Below, piece after piece: positions 25,278-36,807 of a stretch of 64,000 nt of DNA. Source of the DNA: Podarcis vaucheri (Eukaryota). Numbering within the stretch: position 1 is the stretch's first letter; the number at the start of each line of letters is the position of its first letter. The notes under the pieces were generated by a model. That model worked only from the letters and a program-made list of their open reading frames with translations. It was not told the DNA's origin and searched no databases. The position numbers and the translations under genes are program-made. The DNA lies in assembly GCA_965113315.1 (NCBI GenBank), contig OZ220365.1, one strand, 5' to 3'.

Positions 25278-26964
25278 CTAAAAGAAACAGAAGGGGGAGG
25301 GGAAAACTGTTAATTGCCTGTGCATATATTCTAAAAGCAAGAGTGTTTTGTGCAACAAAAAATCCCACAAAATGGAAATATCCTTGCAGAATGGGTGTTG
25401 CTTTTGTAAAGAGCAATATTGAGTGGGTGGGGGACAACAGAAGCACTGCCACTTAGCAAAAAGAGCAACAAGTGATAAATAAAATTTAACACCATGAAAA
25501 ATAAAGATTGATTAGGTGTCACTCACCAGTTGGTATGCAAAAAAATGATTAATTATTCTCGATTTATACACAGCAATGTTATGATTCAATCCACCCACTG
25601 CTATTTTTGCCATTCAGAAGGGAGTTGGACATAGTCAAAGCCTATATTCTGAGATGCAACAGAACAAATTGCACAACGGTCATATCTCCCTTATTCCAAA
25701 ATGAAATTTGTCCACAGATACATCAAAAAACCACTGTTGTTAACAGCATATCAAGAAAAAGTAGGAAATGAGCCAAATACTATAGCTATGTGGCAGTGAG
25801 CTCATATGAACTAGTTTTTCTCCAGGACTGAGCACCATGAAAATCAGTTCTACAGATTTTGCAGCAGAGCAGGTGCTGGCACCCCACCATGCCCCCAAGA
25901 ACAGTTTGCAATGTATTACAAATGGATTGTGCTGTTTTCAGAAATGACAGTAAGTTGCTCTATATGTAAATAAATGCATGAACATACAGGCAGCTCCTTT
26001 AAAAGCAACACCAATCTATTTATAAAAAGGGTTGAGATGTCAAACAATTAGAGTTCTTTGTAACTGACCATTGGCTAATCAACTGCTGTACATTACCAGT
26101 TCTGCAGTGAAATTTGCAGAACCAGCAAAAAACATATTCAGAAAAGACGCATGAAAGGGGGCCGGGCTGCATCAACTAACCCCACCCAAACACCTTCAAG
26201 TCTGAAGCGCAGGGTCATGTGCACACAAAGGTTTCCAGGTTTCCATCCACATGAAGGGTTCTAGATCATTTGGAAGCCATTTCATGTACTGTTGTATGCA
26301 CAGAAACCAGGGAGAAAGGCTACTCCACATAGCTCCATTCCTTCCCCCATATGCTGATCCAGCTAGTGAGGGAAATGTATGAAGAGGATTGGGAAGAAAC
26401 TAGGTTACCCACACAGAAAATAATGTGGCAACAACTGGTTAGAAGGCGCATGACATGGCCCCCACCAAAGGTATTGCCCTCCCCTAATAGCCCATACATG
26501 CTGGATATAAATGCACCTCAAACAACCCAATTTAGTACATGAGCAAGGAACAAATTAGTACTATGTATGATAATCAGTTTTCTGTCTGTGTGAAGACTGA
26601 GCCCTAAGAGGTCTGGATCAGGAGTGAGTAACGCAGCAAACAGAAGACCAGCTAATTCTTGCGTTCTAGCAGAAGATATCCAAATAAACTTTCAAAGACT
26701 TCTAGCACTGGAAATCGTAACAAATTCAAAGACTATAATAAGGTACTTTGACAACTAAGTATATTTGATCATAATGGAGTCCAATATCCCATCCATTTAA
26801 AATTTAAACATGACTGATACAAAAGTCAGTATGAATCATTATAATAATAATCATTTCTTTATAATGACTGATTTTAACTTTATGGGTAAAAGCAACTCCC
26901 TATAATATATAGGGAGTGTTGATCAACAGTCTTCAGGACCTTAAATTGTACTGTCCGTGAATTA

Positions 26965-27698
26965 CCGTATTTTTGCTCTATAGGACGCACTTTGCTCTAT
27001 AGGACGCACTTTTTCCCCTCCAAAAATGAAGGGGAAATTGTGTGCATCCTATGGAGCGAATGCAGGCTTTCGCTGAAGCCTGGTGAGCAAGAGGGGTCGG
27101 TGCACACCGACCCCTCTCGCTCTCCAGGCTTCAGGAAGCTCTCCGCAGGCTTGCGGACAGCTGCCTGCAGCCCAAAGCCCGGGGAGCGCATGCCAGGCTC
27201 CGCAGGCTTGCAGACAGCTGCCTGCAGCCCAAAGCTTTGGGATGGCTGCGGAGGCTTGAAAGGCTGTCCCCAAACCAAAACAGTGAGACGAGGCGCTGCG
27301 CAGCCCTCCGTCTCGCTGTTCTAGCTTCGGGATGGCTGCGCAAAGCCTCCACAGGGCGGCAGGGTGCCTCCACCCCACTGCCCTGTGGAGGCTACAAAGG
27401 ATGTCCCCGAAGCCTCAAGCCTTTGGAGTGTAGCTGCGCTCCAAAGGCTTCAGGGATCTTTGAGGTTGGCAGTGGGGGAAAGCAGCACTTCCCCCAACGG
27501 CCATGCCCCAGAAGCTCGGGGGGCAGCGGCAAGGCTGCACGCAGCCTTTGCGCTGTTCCCCGACCTGCTCTTGAATGCACCTTGAACGCACCTTGTTTTT
27601 GAGGGGGAGAACAAGAAAAAAATTTTTTTCCTGTTCTCCCCCTCCTATGGTCCGGTGCATTCTATGGTCCGGTGCGTCCTATAGAGCGAAAAATACGA
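26965..27698. mobile_element. Non-autonomous Tc1/mariner-superfamily element with GC-rich interior
   Basis: TA|ccgtatttttgctctataggacgcac ... gtgcgtcctatagagcgaaaaatacga|TA; no transposase ORF. Confidence 0.85.
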
Positions 27699-28080
27699 TA
27701 CATAAAATAAAACCTGTCAACAGTGGTTGTAAACACTACTCGTAATGTTACAAGCCTTAGCCTCAAAGGAAAGCTTAACAAGCCCAGTCACATTTTAAAT
27801 AAGATGCAAAATAAGATGCAATATTTATGAGATTCAAGGAATGTCTTACCCTTCAATGAATCAGCTAGAAAGTCAATCTGTTGTACTGCACCAATTAACT
27901 GCGAAGGTTTAATTTATCTTTTTAAATAGGAAGAGTGGTTTGGCTGCTTAACTGTTAACTTACAGATTACTGAAGTTTCCAAAAGGATTGGGAAGATTCA
28001 AATATGCAGAGGAATATTGCCCGGAACTTCAAATTGCTACTTGTTTGGAAATGGTGGTGGATCAGCCCATATAGAAGTTA

Positions 28081-28318
28081 TGTATTGAAGTTCTCACCCT
28101 GGCCACCTATCTATTGTGTATAGAGTTTTCACTCAGGTCCAACTTAAGTTAATTTAGGTGGGAAATCCTGGGCTGTTGTAGTTACAATGTTGACAGCCGG
28201 CTGCCTGTAAAAGCAGGCCGGTTGAGCTGTGCTCAGTGCAGTTCAGTTCCAGCTTGCTTATAAAGAACTACTTGGAGAAATCTCTGTGTCGTCTGCTATG
28301 TCCACCTTCTACATAATA
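28081..28318 (+). mobile_element. Possible solo LTR
   Basis: Starts TG(tattgaagttctcacc), with TATA-like and polyA-like motifs in LTR order and a degenerate 3' end. The TSD is not clear. Confidence 0.35.
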
Positions 28319-28397
28319 GAATAGAAGCCCAGCATCCCAGAATCCTACATATGGAAGCTCCTTAAGAGACTTTAGGACCTTGGTAACCCAGCCAGGC

Positions 28398-28725
28398 GGG
28401 ACGCGGGTGGCATTGTGGGGTAAACCACAGAGCCTAGGGCTTGCCGATCAGAAGGTCAGCGGTTCGAATCCTCGCAACGGGGTGAGCTCCCGTTGCTCAG
28501 TCCCTGCTCCTGCCAACCTAACAGTTCGAAAGCACATCAAAGTGCAAGTAGAAGGTAAACGGCGTTTCTGTGCGCTGCTCTGGTTTGCCAGAAGCAGCTT
28601 AGTCATGCTGGCCACATGACCCGGAAGCTGTATGCCGGCTCCCTCAGCCAATTAAGCGAGATGAGTGCCGCAACCCCAGAGACGGCCACGACTAGACCTA
28701 ATGGTCAGGAGTCCCTTTACATTTA
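28398..28725 (+). mobile_element. Sauria SINE
   Basis: gggacgcgggtggc head, B box ggttcgaatcc, tail cctttacattta; TSD cagccaggc at 28389-28397 and 28726-28734. Confidence 0.92.
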
Positions 28726-30071
28726 CAGCCAGGCACAGGCTGATGGGAAATGAACATTAATTTCAATTGATGGTTAAAGGCAGAATAGCATACATCTTGT
28801 ACTGTTTGCCTTTGGTGGGATTTTTCTTTTTCTATACCATCCAGCAATTGGGCTGTAAGTTGGGGCATCTTTCATTCTATAGCTACTTATAGGGATCCAG
28901 GAAATTCTTGTTAGAGAGGGCCACAACTATCCCTAAGAGTAGGGAGGACCCTGCCCACCCCACAGATAATTAGACCAAAATAAGGAGGAAGATGTGCAGC
29001 CCTAGCATTCCCATCTTGCTTTCTGTGTCCTGGGAACAGAGCTTTGCTGTGAAGGAAACAGTAAAGCTAAGCTAAACACTAACGTATAGAGAGAAAAGGA
29101 GAAAGAGTTGAGGTTGAGAGTGAAGAGGCTGAGCCTTGAATAGTGAGCTTCTTCTGTGATTCATGAGAAAGTACTATTGGTACTCACCTAAACTGTACAT
29201 CTCTAATGACATCATGGGGTCACTGAATTGGGTTGGGCTCTGGGCTCCATCCTGGTCATGAGGCAGAAGAAAAAACTCTTTGGGAAGTGGGCAGCTCCCA
29301 AAAAGTTTTGCGGTCTCACCAAGCTCAAACAGTCATTGGCATCACAAACAGTAAAGGAAAAGAAAGGTGCCCAGTTTCCCCTAATAATAGGAACAAACTG
29401 CAAACTTAAAGGCATGTGGGTAATAGCAGAACCAATATTTGCAGTCAATATTAGGGCATGGTTCCAGTGACCCCATGATGCCATCAGCAATCTACACTTC
29501 AGGTGAGTACCAATCATACTATCTCTCCCATGGGCATCATGGGATCACAAAACTTACCCAATTAGGGCGGGTCTCAACTGCAACCAAAATTACTATGGCA
29601 GGGCTTACTGAAGAACAGGCAGGAGCAAAAACTGATTGGGAGCTGCCACTTTCCCAAAGATATTTTTCTCCTGCCTTGTGACCAGGGTGGAGCCAGAGCC
29701 CAATCCAATCCAGTGAGCCCATGATGCCAGTAGGAGATCAGTCTTTTTGGTAAGAATTCCTTTTGTATTTCAATTTTTAGTTTTAATACTGGACTACCTT
29801 GGATCCCTGACCTTAAGAACACCCCTAGAGCCCCTGCCTGCTCATGAAACAGACATTGCTAAGCAACTTCATGATAGCTATTAATAATAATAATTTTAAA
29901 AATCACTCAAGCTTGGCAGGCCCAACAAAACTGTTCTGCCCAAAGCAGAAAATCCCCACCAGGGTGTATTAAATTTCCCCTACAGATTCACTTCTTCATC
30001 ACAGAAATCAGCTTTTCTGGGTGCACGACTGTTTGCTTTTCAACACAAAGTAAATGTAGTCCTTTACTTAC

Positions 30072-30244
30072 CATTTACGATCATTGTACATCCTGTTAAT
30101 TCTGTCCCATTCTGCATTCAGTTGGATTAGAGAATCTGCTATTTGAACAGCCTCAGATCCAGATGCTTCCAATATAACATCTGGATGTTTTTCATGAATG
30201 ACTGCAATCTGATCCCCAAGTTTGTCCAATATGTCTTTTATGTT
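30072..30244 (-). CDS. UTRN: Utrophin exon, DMD ex43-equivalent (173 nt, phase 0/2)
   Basis: cttacag|AAC...AAATG|gtaagt; [57 protein letters not shown]. Confidence 0.95.
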
Positions 30245-30564
30245 CTGTAAGCATAGAAAGACAAAAATCCTGTTGAAGTGCTCTACAAGGAAGTATTAGC
30301 ATACCCTCAAGGATGACTGCCAACTTGACAAATTGAACCCTTTGATTGGATTGCAAAAAGCATGAACAACGTAATTTTAACACTGTTAGTATAGGTTTCT
30401 TTCCCTATTTTTTAAACCACAATGAGTTCTTCTATAACATCTTACTAAGAGTAAAAATAGATTTGTATTCAATGAGCTTAAGAGCCCAAAGACAATGCTT
30501 TCTGTTTATTTTGTCTGAGCATGTACTAACTTTCATTCTTAAAAAGTAAATTATCAAATTTTAA

Positions 30565-30565
<1 letters not shown>

Positions 30566-30612
<47 letters not shown>

Positions 30613-30614
30613 AC
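30566..30614. repeat. Compound microsatellite (CT)n(CA)n
   Basis: Read directly from the sequence. Confidence 0.97.
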
Positions 30615-30939
30615 TTACACATAGCTCCTGAATGGAGAAGTATCAAATATATTTAATTTCCTTGAGCCTACAATCCACCCCCTGCTCTTGGAGACATGAT
30701 ACTATCTAGTAAACGTAGCAAGTCCTGGTTCAGGCAATGCATTATACATGTGATGAAAGGATCAAGCTCATATGTAGAGATCTGAGGTGGGGGAGAGGGG
30801 AGGGGATAGGGGGAGGGGGAGGGAGGGAGAGAGAATACCAATGACCAGCCCCAAAATGACTACTACCTGCAACGTACTTGTACAACGTATTGGCACTACT
30901 ACAGGTGCCATGTAATACCCAATCTGCATTTGTAAGAAC

Positions 30940-31225
30940 TCAGTCATTTAGTGTGGTAGCACCTGCTCCGTGGAACTCCCTGCCTTTGAGCTCAAGCAGG
31001 CCCCTCCACTGTACACTTTCCAGTGTCTGCTAAAAACATTCTTCTTTAGTCAAGCCTACACAGATGCTTAGAAAGTTGAGGCAACTTTAATCTGTTTTAG
31101 TATTTTAACTTTGGTATGTTTTAAAGGAAGGTTGCAAATTTTTCTTGATTTTCTTGTTTTATCTTTTGGTAAACTGCTTTGATGTTTATTACAATCAAGT
31201 GCTGTATACATTTTATGAAATAAAT
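30940..31225 (+). mobile_element. L2-clade LINE 3' fragment
   Basis: tttagtgtggtagcacctgctccgtggaactccctgcc resembles FSVVAP..WNSLP; ends aaataaat; boundaries approximate. Confidence 0.65.
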
Positions 31226-31282
31226 ACTTTTAAACTCTTTCCAATATGGGTTCTCCACATTTTATTTGCCCCATATTCCATT

Positions 31283-31710
31283 CATAGAATCATATAATTG
31301 TAGAGTTGGAAGGGACCCCAGGAGTCATTTAGTCCAACCCCCTGCAATGCAGGAATCTCAGCTATAGAATCCATGACAGATGACCCTCCAACTTCTGATT
31401 TAAAACCTCCAAGGAAGGACAGTCCACCACCTCTTATGGGAGTCCATTCCACTGCCAAACAGCTCTTACTGTCAGAAAATTCTTTCCGGGGTTTAGACGG
31501 AATCTCCTTTCCTGTAACTTGCACTCCTTGGTTCAGGTCCTACCCTTCAAAGCAGGAGAAAACAGATTTGCTCCATCCTCCAAGTGACAACCCTTTAGAT
31601 ATTTGAAGACGGCTATCATATCTCCTTTCAATCTCCCCTTTACCAGGCTGAACACCTAGAACTCCTTCAACCACTCATCATGAGGCTTGGTTTCCAGACT
31701 CTTGATCAAG
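31283..31710 (-). mobile_element. CR1 LINE 3' fragment
   Basis: Minus strand encodes KLQERRFRLNPGKNFLTVRAVWQWNGLP, then a CR1 3' UTR and attctatg tail. Confidence 0.88.
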
Positions 31711-32165
31711 AAAAAATCTTGCACATACATTAAGGAGCAAGTCTGTGCGCCCTTGGCCCTACCCCAAGCATTGGACACACCAGTTGGCCCCACTCTAAAT
31801 GCTGGCATGGACATCAGGGCAACGCAGCATGTACAATGTCAGGAGCAGGCCCAAGACCATTGTGCCAGTCTTTAGTAATCATGTGATTTTCCTTTCCCAT
31901 AAACAACATGTGGAGGATGGCCTTTTACAGTTATGTTTCAATATATGAAATTGCTGCTGTGTAACAAATTCAGGGCAGCGTTGTACTAGGATTGTGTGAC
32001 CATGCTAGAAAAATTGGTGCCTATGAATCAAGGAGCAATTTTGTAACATTTAGAAATACATTGAATTTCCTTATGCTTATACCCAAGTTAGAATGTTTGG
32101 GGAAAATAATCACCATTTTTAATACTCAATTTTCTATTCTAATATTTTGTTTCAGTTTCTAGTAC

Positions 32166-32351
32166 CTTTAATGATTCTTCCTGAGTAGAAAAATCTTCAT
32201 AGACACCAGAATGAAGTTCCGGAGCATTCAGCAAAAGCTCAGCATCAGCTATAGCCAGCAAAATCTTGTTAATTTCAACCAGGTATTCTGCAGGGAATGG
32301 AGATGCCCTCGTTGTTGATGAGAGAGGACCTTGAATCTTCTGCAAGACGGC
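32166..32351 (-). CDS. UTRN: Utrophin exon, DMD ex42-equivalent (186 nt)
   Basis: ttctttag|GCC...AAG|gtacta; AVLQKIQGPLSSTTRASPFPAEYLVEINKILLAIADAELLLNAPELHSGVYEDFSTQEESLK. Confidence 0.93.
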
Positions 32352-32429
32352 CTAAAGAAAAATAAACTTAAGCTTAGCTCTTTTAAAATAACTTCAGTAT
32401 AAGATAAAAACAAATTTCATTTATTTGTA

Positions 32430-32640
32430 CAGTGGACCCTCCAGATATAAACTTAATTCGTTCCGGGGTCCATACATACCCCCAAAAGTCCACATCTAGA
32501 GGCACTGCTTCTGTGCATACACAAAGCGCACAGAGTGCTTCTGCGCCATGTGCACGTGGCAAAACCCAGAAGTATACACTTCAGGCTTTGTAACCCAAAA
32601 GTTACGTTACCCAAAGGTAACGTAACCCGAGGGTGCACTG
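32430..32640. mobile_element. Tc1/mariner (Tigger/pogo-like) MITE
   Basis: TA|cagtggaccctc...gagggtgcactg|TA; related to 5012-5226. Confidence 0.8.
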
Positions 32641-35600
32641 TATTTGCTTTATGTCCTCTCTTTCAGGTTCAGTGCAGATTAAAGCCTTTTTAAAAAGTAC
32701 TGAACTGAAAAATAAGCTATTAAAATATACCAGATAAAATCAAGTTTTTAAAATTGAAATCCTATCCCCAAACTAAAATCCCTGCCATGTGACTCCTTGT
32801 TATAATTAGAAGGAAGTATATCTACTTTGTCCAGAGCAGGTACACCAATAACTTAATTTACTTTCTTTAAAATGAATCACCCTATATACCAATACAAATA
32901 TACTCCAGTCAAACAAGTATCACCTCAATTTATCAGCTCTAGTTATGGGGAAAGGGTGGAGATAGCCCATCCTAAATTAACAGAAAGTCTTTTCCCAGGT
33001 TCTCGAAATGTGGACATTCATTTTTATAATTCTCAGTTGGCATGGAGGCTAATGCATGCCCATGATGACTTCTGACATTTTATGTCTATAGACACACTAA
33101 GCTAAGTCAAAAGAGAACACTAAAAAGCATGTTTTCCTACAGATAGCAAGAGCTTCCTCAAAATAGGAAAGCAGCCATACAACAAGGTTAAAACATATAA
33201 TCAGTCTTGTAACTTTATTCCATACAGAGCATATCATTGTTTGGGGAGCTTCTCTCTCCTCCTTCTTTAAAGCAGAAAGCATCAGGAAGAATGTGGGAAA
33301 TAAAAGTATTTTGAAGTGCTGTGCCTGAGCCCCATCAACTTCTGGAAAACCATGAGTTCCCCAACCCTAGTTTAAAAGAATCAGTTAGACAAATTCATAG
33401 AGAACAGGGTTCTGAATAGCATAATAGTTGAAGCACCATAAGCTAGTGGTGATAAACAACAGTAAATGGTCACCTTCATGCCTTGCTTCCAGAGACATCT
33501 GGTTAACTGCTGCTGGAAGCATAACACTGGACGAGACAGACCTTGGTCTGATCCCCAAAGGCAGTTCATTCAAAGGGGAACAGCAATTATCTGCTTCTGT
33601 TCATCAAAGTTGTATTCTGCCCTTCCTCCAAGGAGCTCAGTTTGGTGTATGAATGGTTACCAAGCCAACCTTATGCCAGATGCAATGAGCTAGATAATAC
33701 AGTATCCCCAACTGGCTAATCACTAAAAGATGAAGCCAATCAAAACCAGGCACAAAAATATGGTTTTTCCTTTTCTGAATCACCATATACAGAATTGCAT
33801 CTTCATCAGAGTCCAGTGCAGAGTGAAGGTCATCAACAAGGTCTCCAACAGAGAAATGTTAAACAAGTTGCAGTACTATTGATCAATTGCTGTTTTGTCA
33901 CCTACAGTATGCCAAAAATTAATGAAAACCTAAACCTCAGCAGCCTTATGTTCAAGGTTCAATTCAGAGAAGACAACAGCTATGATTTTCCAGATCCTAC
34001 ACAAAGGGCATTTGAGCCAGAAAAATAGACTGGGGCAATTCATATAAAATATTTTTAAAATATAAACCGCAAACCAATGATTAATACTTGGTGCAGCTCT
34101 ACACATGCAAATCCATCTTTTTGATTTCTCTTCATTACTTGAGCACTACCTGTACAAAGGAGAATGGGGGTGACAATCAGGCTCCCACCCTGTCTGATAT
34201 TTGCATGCTGACATCAATTCTTAACAGGAGGTTTCCTATGTGAAGTCCAGTGTGCAGAAGGAAAATGATTGGCTGCTACAAAGCAATGACTGGTACTTTT
34301 CCTAAATACATTTTCTGTGGGGTAAAATGATCCAAACCTGTTGCTGGCCGCCTTCACTCTCATATTAATTCACAAATTTCAGCCCTTTTTGTAAGAAAAT
34401 AATTGTCACCCATTCTCCTCACACTATATCATCCCAACCTAAATTCCCTGACTTTAAAGCTGCTGTTAGCTCCATGGAAAGAAATGGAGGTAGCTGCTGA
34501 CAAAACAGGGCACTAAATTGGGAGGACTTTAGGCATCGTTATTCTATGCTGCATAAGCTTGAATTTGAGTCTTTCACATTCTATGTTCTCCTCAATAATT
34601 GGCTCTGGGCTTTAAAGTTATAGGAGAGTCATAAAGAGATTGATTCATTTAATTATAAAGTCCCATAACCAGAAATGCAAAAGTATTTGACAGATTGCCT
34701 AATGCACAAGCTTGTCCAAAAAATTACTTACTGCTTCAGACGACTCTTCACTATTATATAAAATATAACAACAATTCTTATGACAGACTAAATATTTGAG
34801 AAAAGTGGACGCATTAGAAATGGAAAATGAAAAGCTTTGTATGTATGAATAATTGAAACAGACAAGCTTTCTGAAGTCAGTATCACAGTACTGCACTCAA
34901 TAAAATTCTCACAAATATTTGACTAAACAGCAGATTTTAATACATCCAATTTAAACATATCCAAAATAAAATCATAAGTGGTCAAATTAAAATCAGATCA
35001 GGGGTTCACTTGACTCAGGGCTTACCAAGGCTCAAGAAACTGCCCAGAAACATAGCAGGATATGATCCTTCTCCTTTAGTCATGCTCACCTGTGAGCAAA
35101 ATCTGAACACAAGGAAAACTTGAAAGGCCCAGGAAACGCCTTAAGAAGAGATGGCTAATGAACAGAGATAAAAATAATCACAGATTCCCATTCATAGATA
35201 TCACAGTTGTCCTGAGGCCAGAGAATTGAAGAGTAGCACATTCCAGCTTCTGCCAACAGCCAGGAAACCTAGGGTCACTACCTCCCGAAAGAAACATTGA
35301 GGCAACAGGGAGACTAACTGGCCTTTACCATCAGCCAAATAAGAAGCAGCTACAAAGAGCTTACTTCTCCCCATCCTGCCTGAAAAAATACTCAGCTTTA
35401 GCTGTGTTTAGCCTCTGGGACTGCTAAAGTAAGAAGAAAGAACACTCTGGCCTCATCCATTGGCCAAAGGGACCAAAGTCACCAATTGCTATTCAAGCAG
35501 ATGAAGATCAACCTTGCCTGAACTGGATATAAATGCCCTCTCACAGCTCACCACTTTATTCTGGCTTTGAATAACTAATCTCCCTCCTTCACCTTTTCCC

Positions 35601-36008
35601 TCTTCTCCTGCCTTTTTACCGTAGTTTATAAACCAAATGACAAGGTCTTTCTCTCATTCTCTCTCTCGTCCCCCTCCCCCTCTTTCTCTCTTTGATTAAT
35701 ATGAGACACATTAGCAGACAATTATCTGAAAAACAAGACTGAAAATATAGTAAATAGATAAAGAAGATCCACTTCTCTCAAGATTTCACATGCTATTGAT
35801 AAATAATTTATCTGAAATGCAGCAACCTGAATGTAAGTAAATATGCTTTCGAATCTGATCTTTCGCTACCCTGTACAGATCTAGCCTCAAAAGTCAGTCA
35901 TAACATTGCTGGATCCACTCACAATTGAATGTGTTAATGGCCAATGTAACATTTCAAAAAGAGATGGCAAGTTCTTGTAGCCCAATTATAGGAACGTGTC
36001 TTCTTCCT

Positions 36009-36366
36009 TAAAGGTAAAGGTACCCCTGCCCGAACGGGCCAGTCTTGACAGACTCTGGGGTTTGTGCGCCCATCTCACTCAAGAGGCCGGGGGCCAGTGC
36101 TGTCCGGAGACACTTCCGGGTCACGTGGCCAGCGTGACAAAGCTGCATCTGGCGAGCCAGCGCAGCACACGGAACGCCGTTTACCTTCCCGCTGGTAAGC
36201 GGTACCTATTTATCTACTTGCACCCGGGGGTGCTTTCGAACTGCTAGGTTGGCAGGCGCTGGGACCGAGCAGCGGGAGCGCACCCCGCCGCAGGGATTTG
36301 AACCGCCGACCTTTCGATCGGCAAGCCCTAGGCGCTGAGGCTTTTACCCACAGCGCCACCCACGTC
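36009..36366 (-). mobile_element. Young CpG-rich Sauria SINE
   Basis: Full length on the minus strand with (ACCTTT)n tail; TSD gtcttcttcctta at about 35998-36010 and 36364-36376. Confidence 0.95.
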
Positions 36367-36654
36367 TTCTTCCTTAGTGGGGTCTAAAACATTAAACTCC
36401 AGCTAGATGGACAAATCCTTTATCAGCGTCCTTTACCAAAGGGTAAATTTTGTGCAGTGGTCCAGTTTAGAATTTATTGACAATTTTATTTTGTCAATAA
36501 TATGATGACATTATTGACAAAAAACCTTTAAAAAAACCCATCCTCTAGTAACAGTTACAGTACTGGTAGTGAAAGTTTATTGGCTAGATGGTCTGTTAGT
36601 GTAACTTAAGGGGAAAGTTTTAAAAATATTTTTTTCACAATAAATAAGATCTAC

Positions 36655-36807
36655 CTGCAACCTCCCCTCATCTTCTGCTTCCTCTGTTCCAGAAAGGCTT
36701 CCATCTGTCTCATTGAGCCAGTGCAAATGACTGTCTTGTTCTGTCTTATATTGGGAGAATGAAGGAGAGAGCTCCACCACCTGTCTCCTTTGTAACGACC
36801 TAAGTTC
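36655..36807 (-). CDS. UTRN: Putative extra utrophin exon homologous to DMD exon 40 (153 nt, phase 0/0)
   Basis: ttcccttcattctttgcttatag|GAA...CAG|gtagat; ELRSLQRRQVVELSPSFSQYKTEQDSHLHWLNETDGSLSGTEEAEDEGRLQ. Same length, phase and position as DMD ex40, with a gapless match to its peptide as recalled. Confidence 0.8.

Noticed and set aside
33780-33860. Minus-strand DLVDDLHSALDSDEDAILYM as a possible ex41 remnant
   Set aside because: The GAG acceptor is poor, the phase is wrong for the flanking exons, and there is no similarity to DMD ex41.
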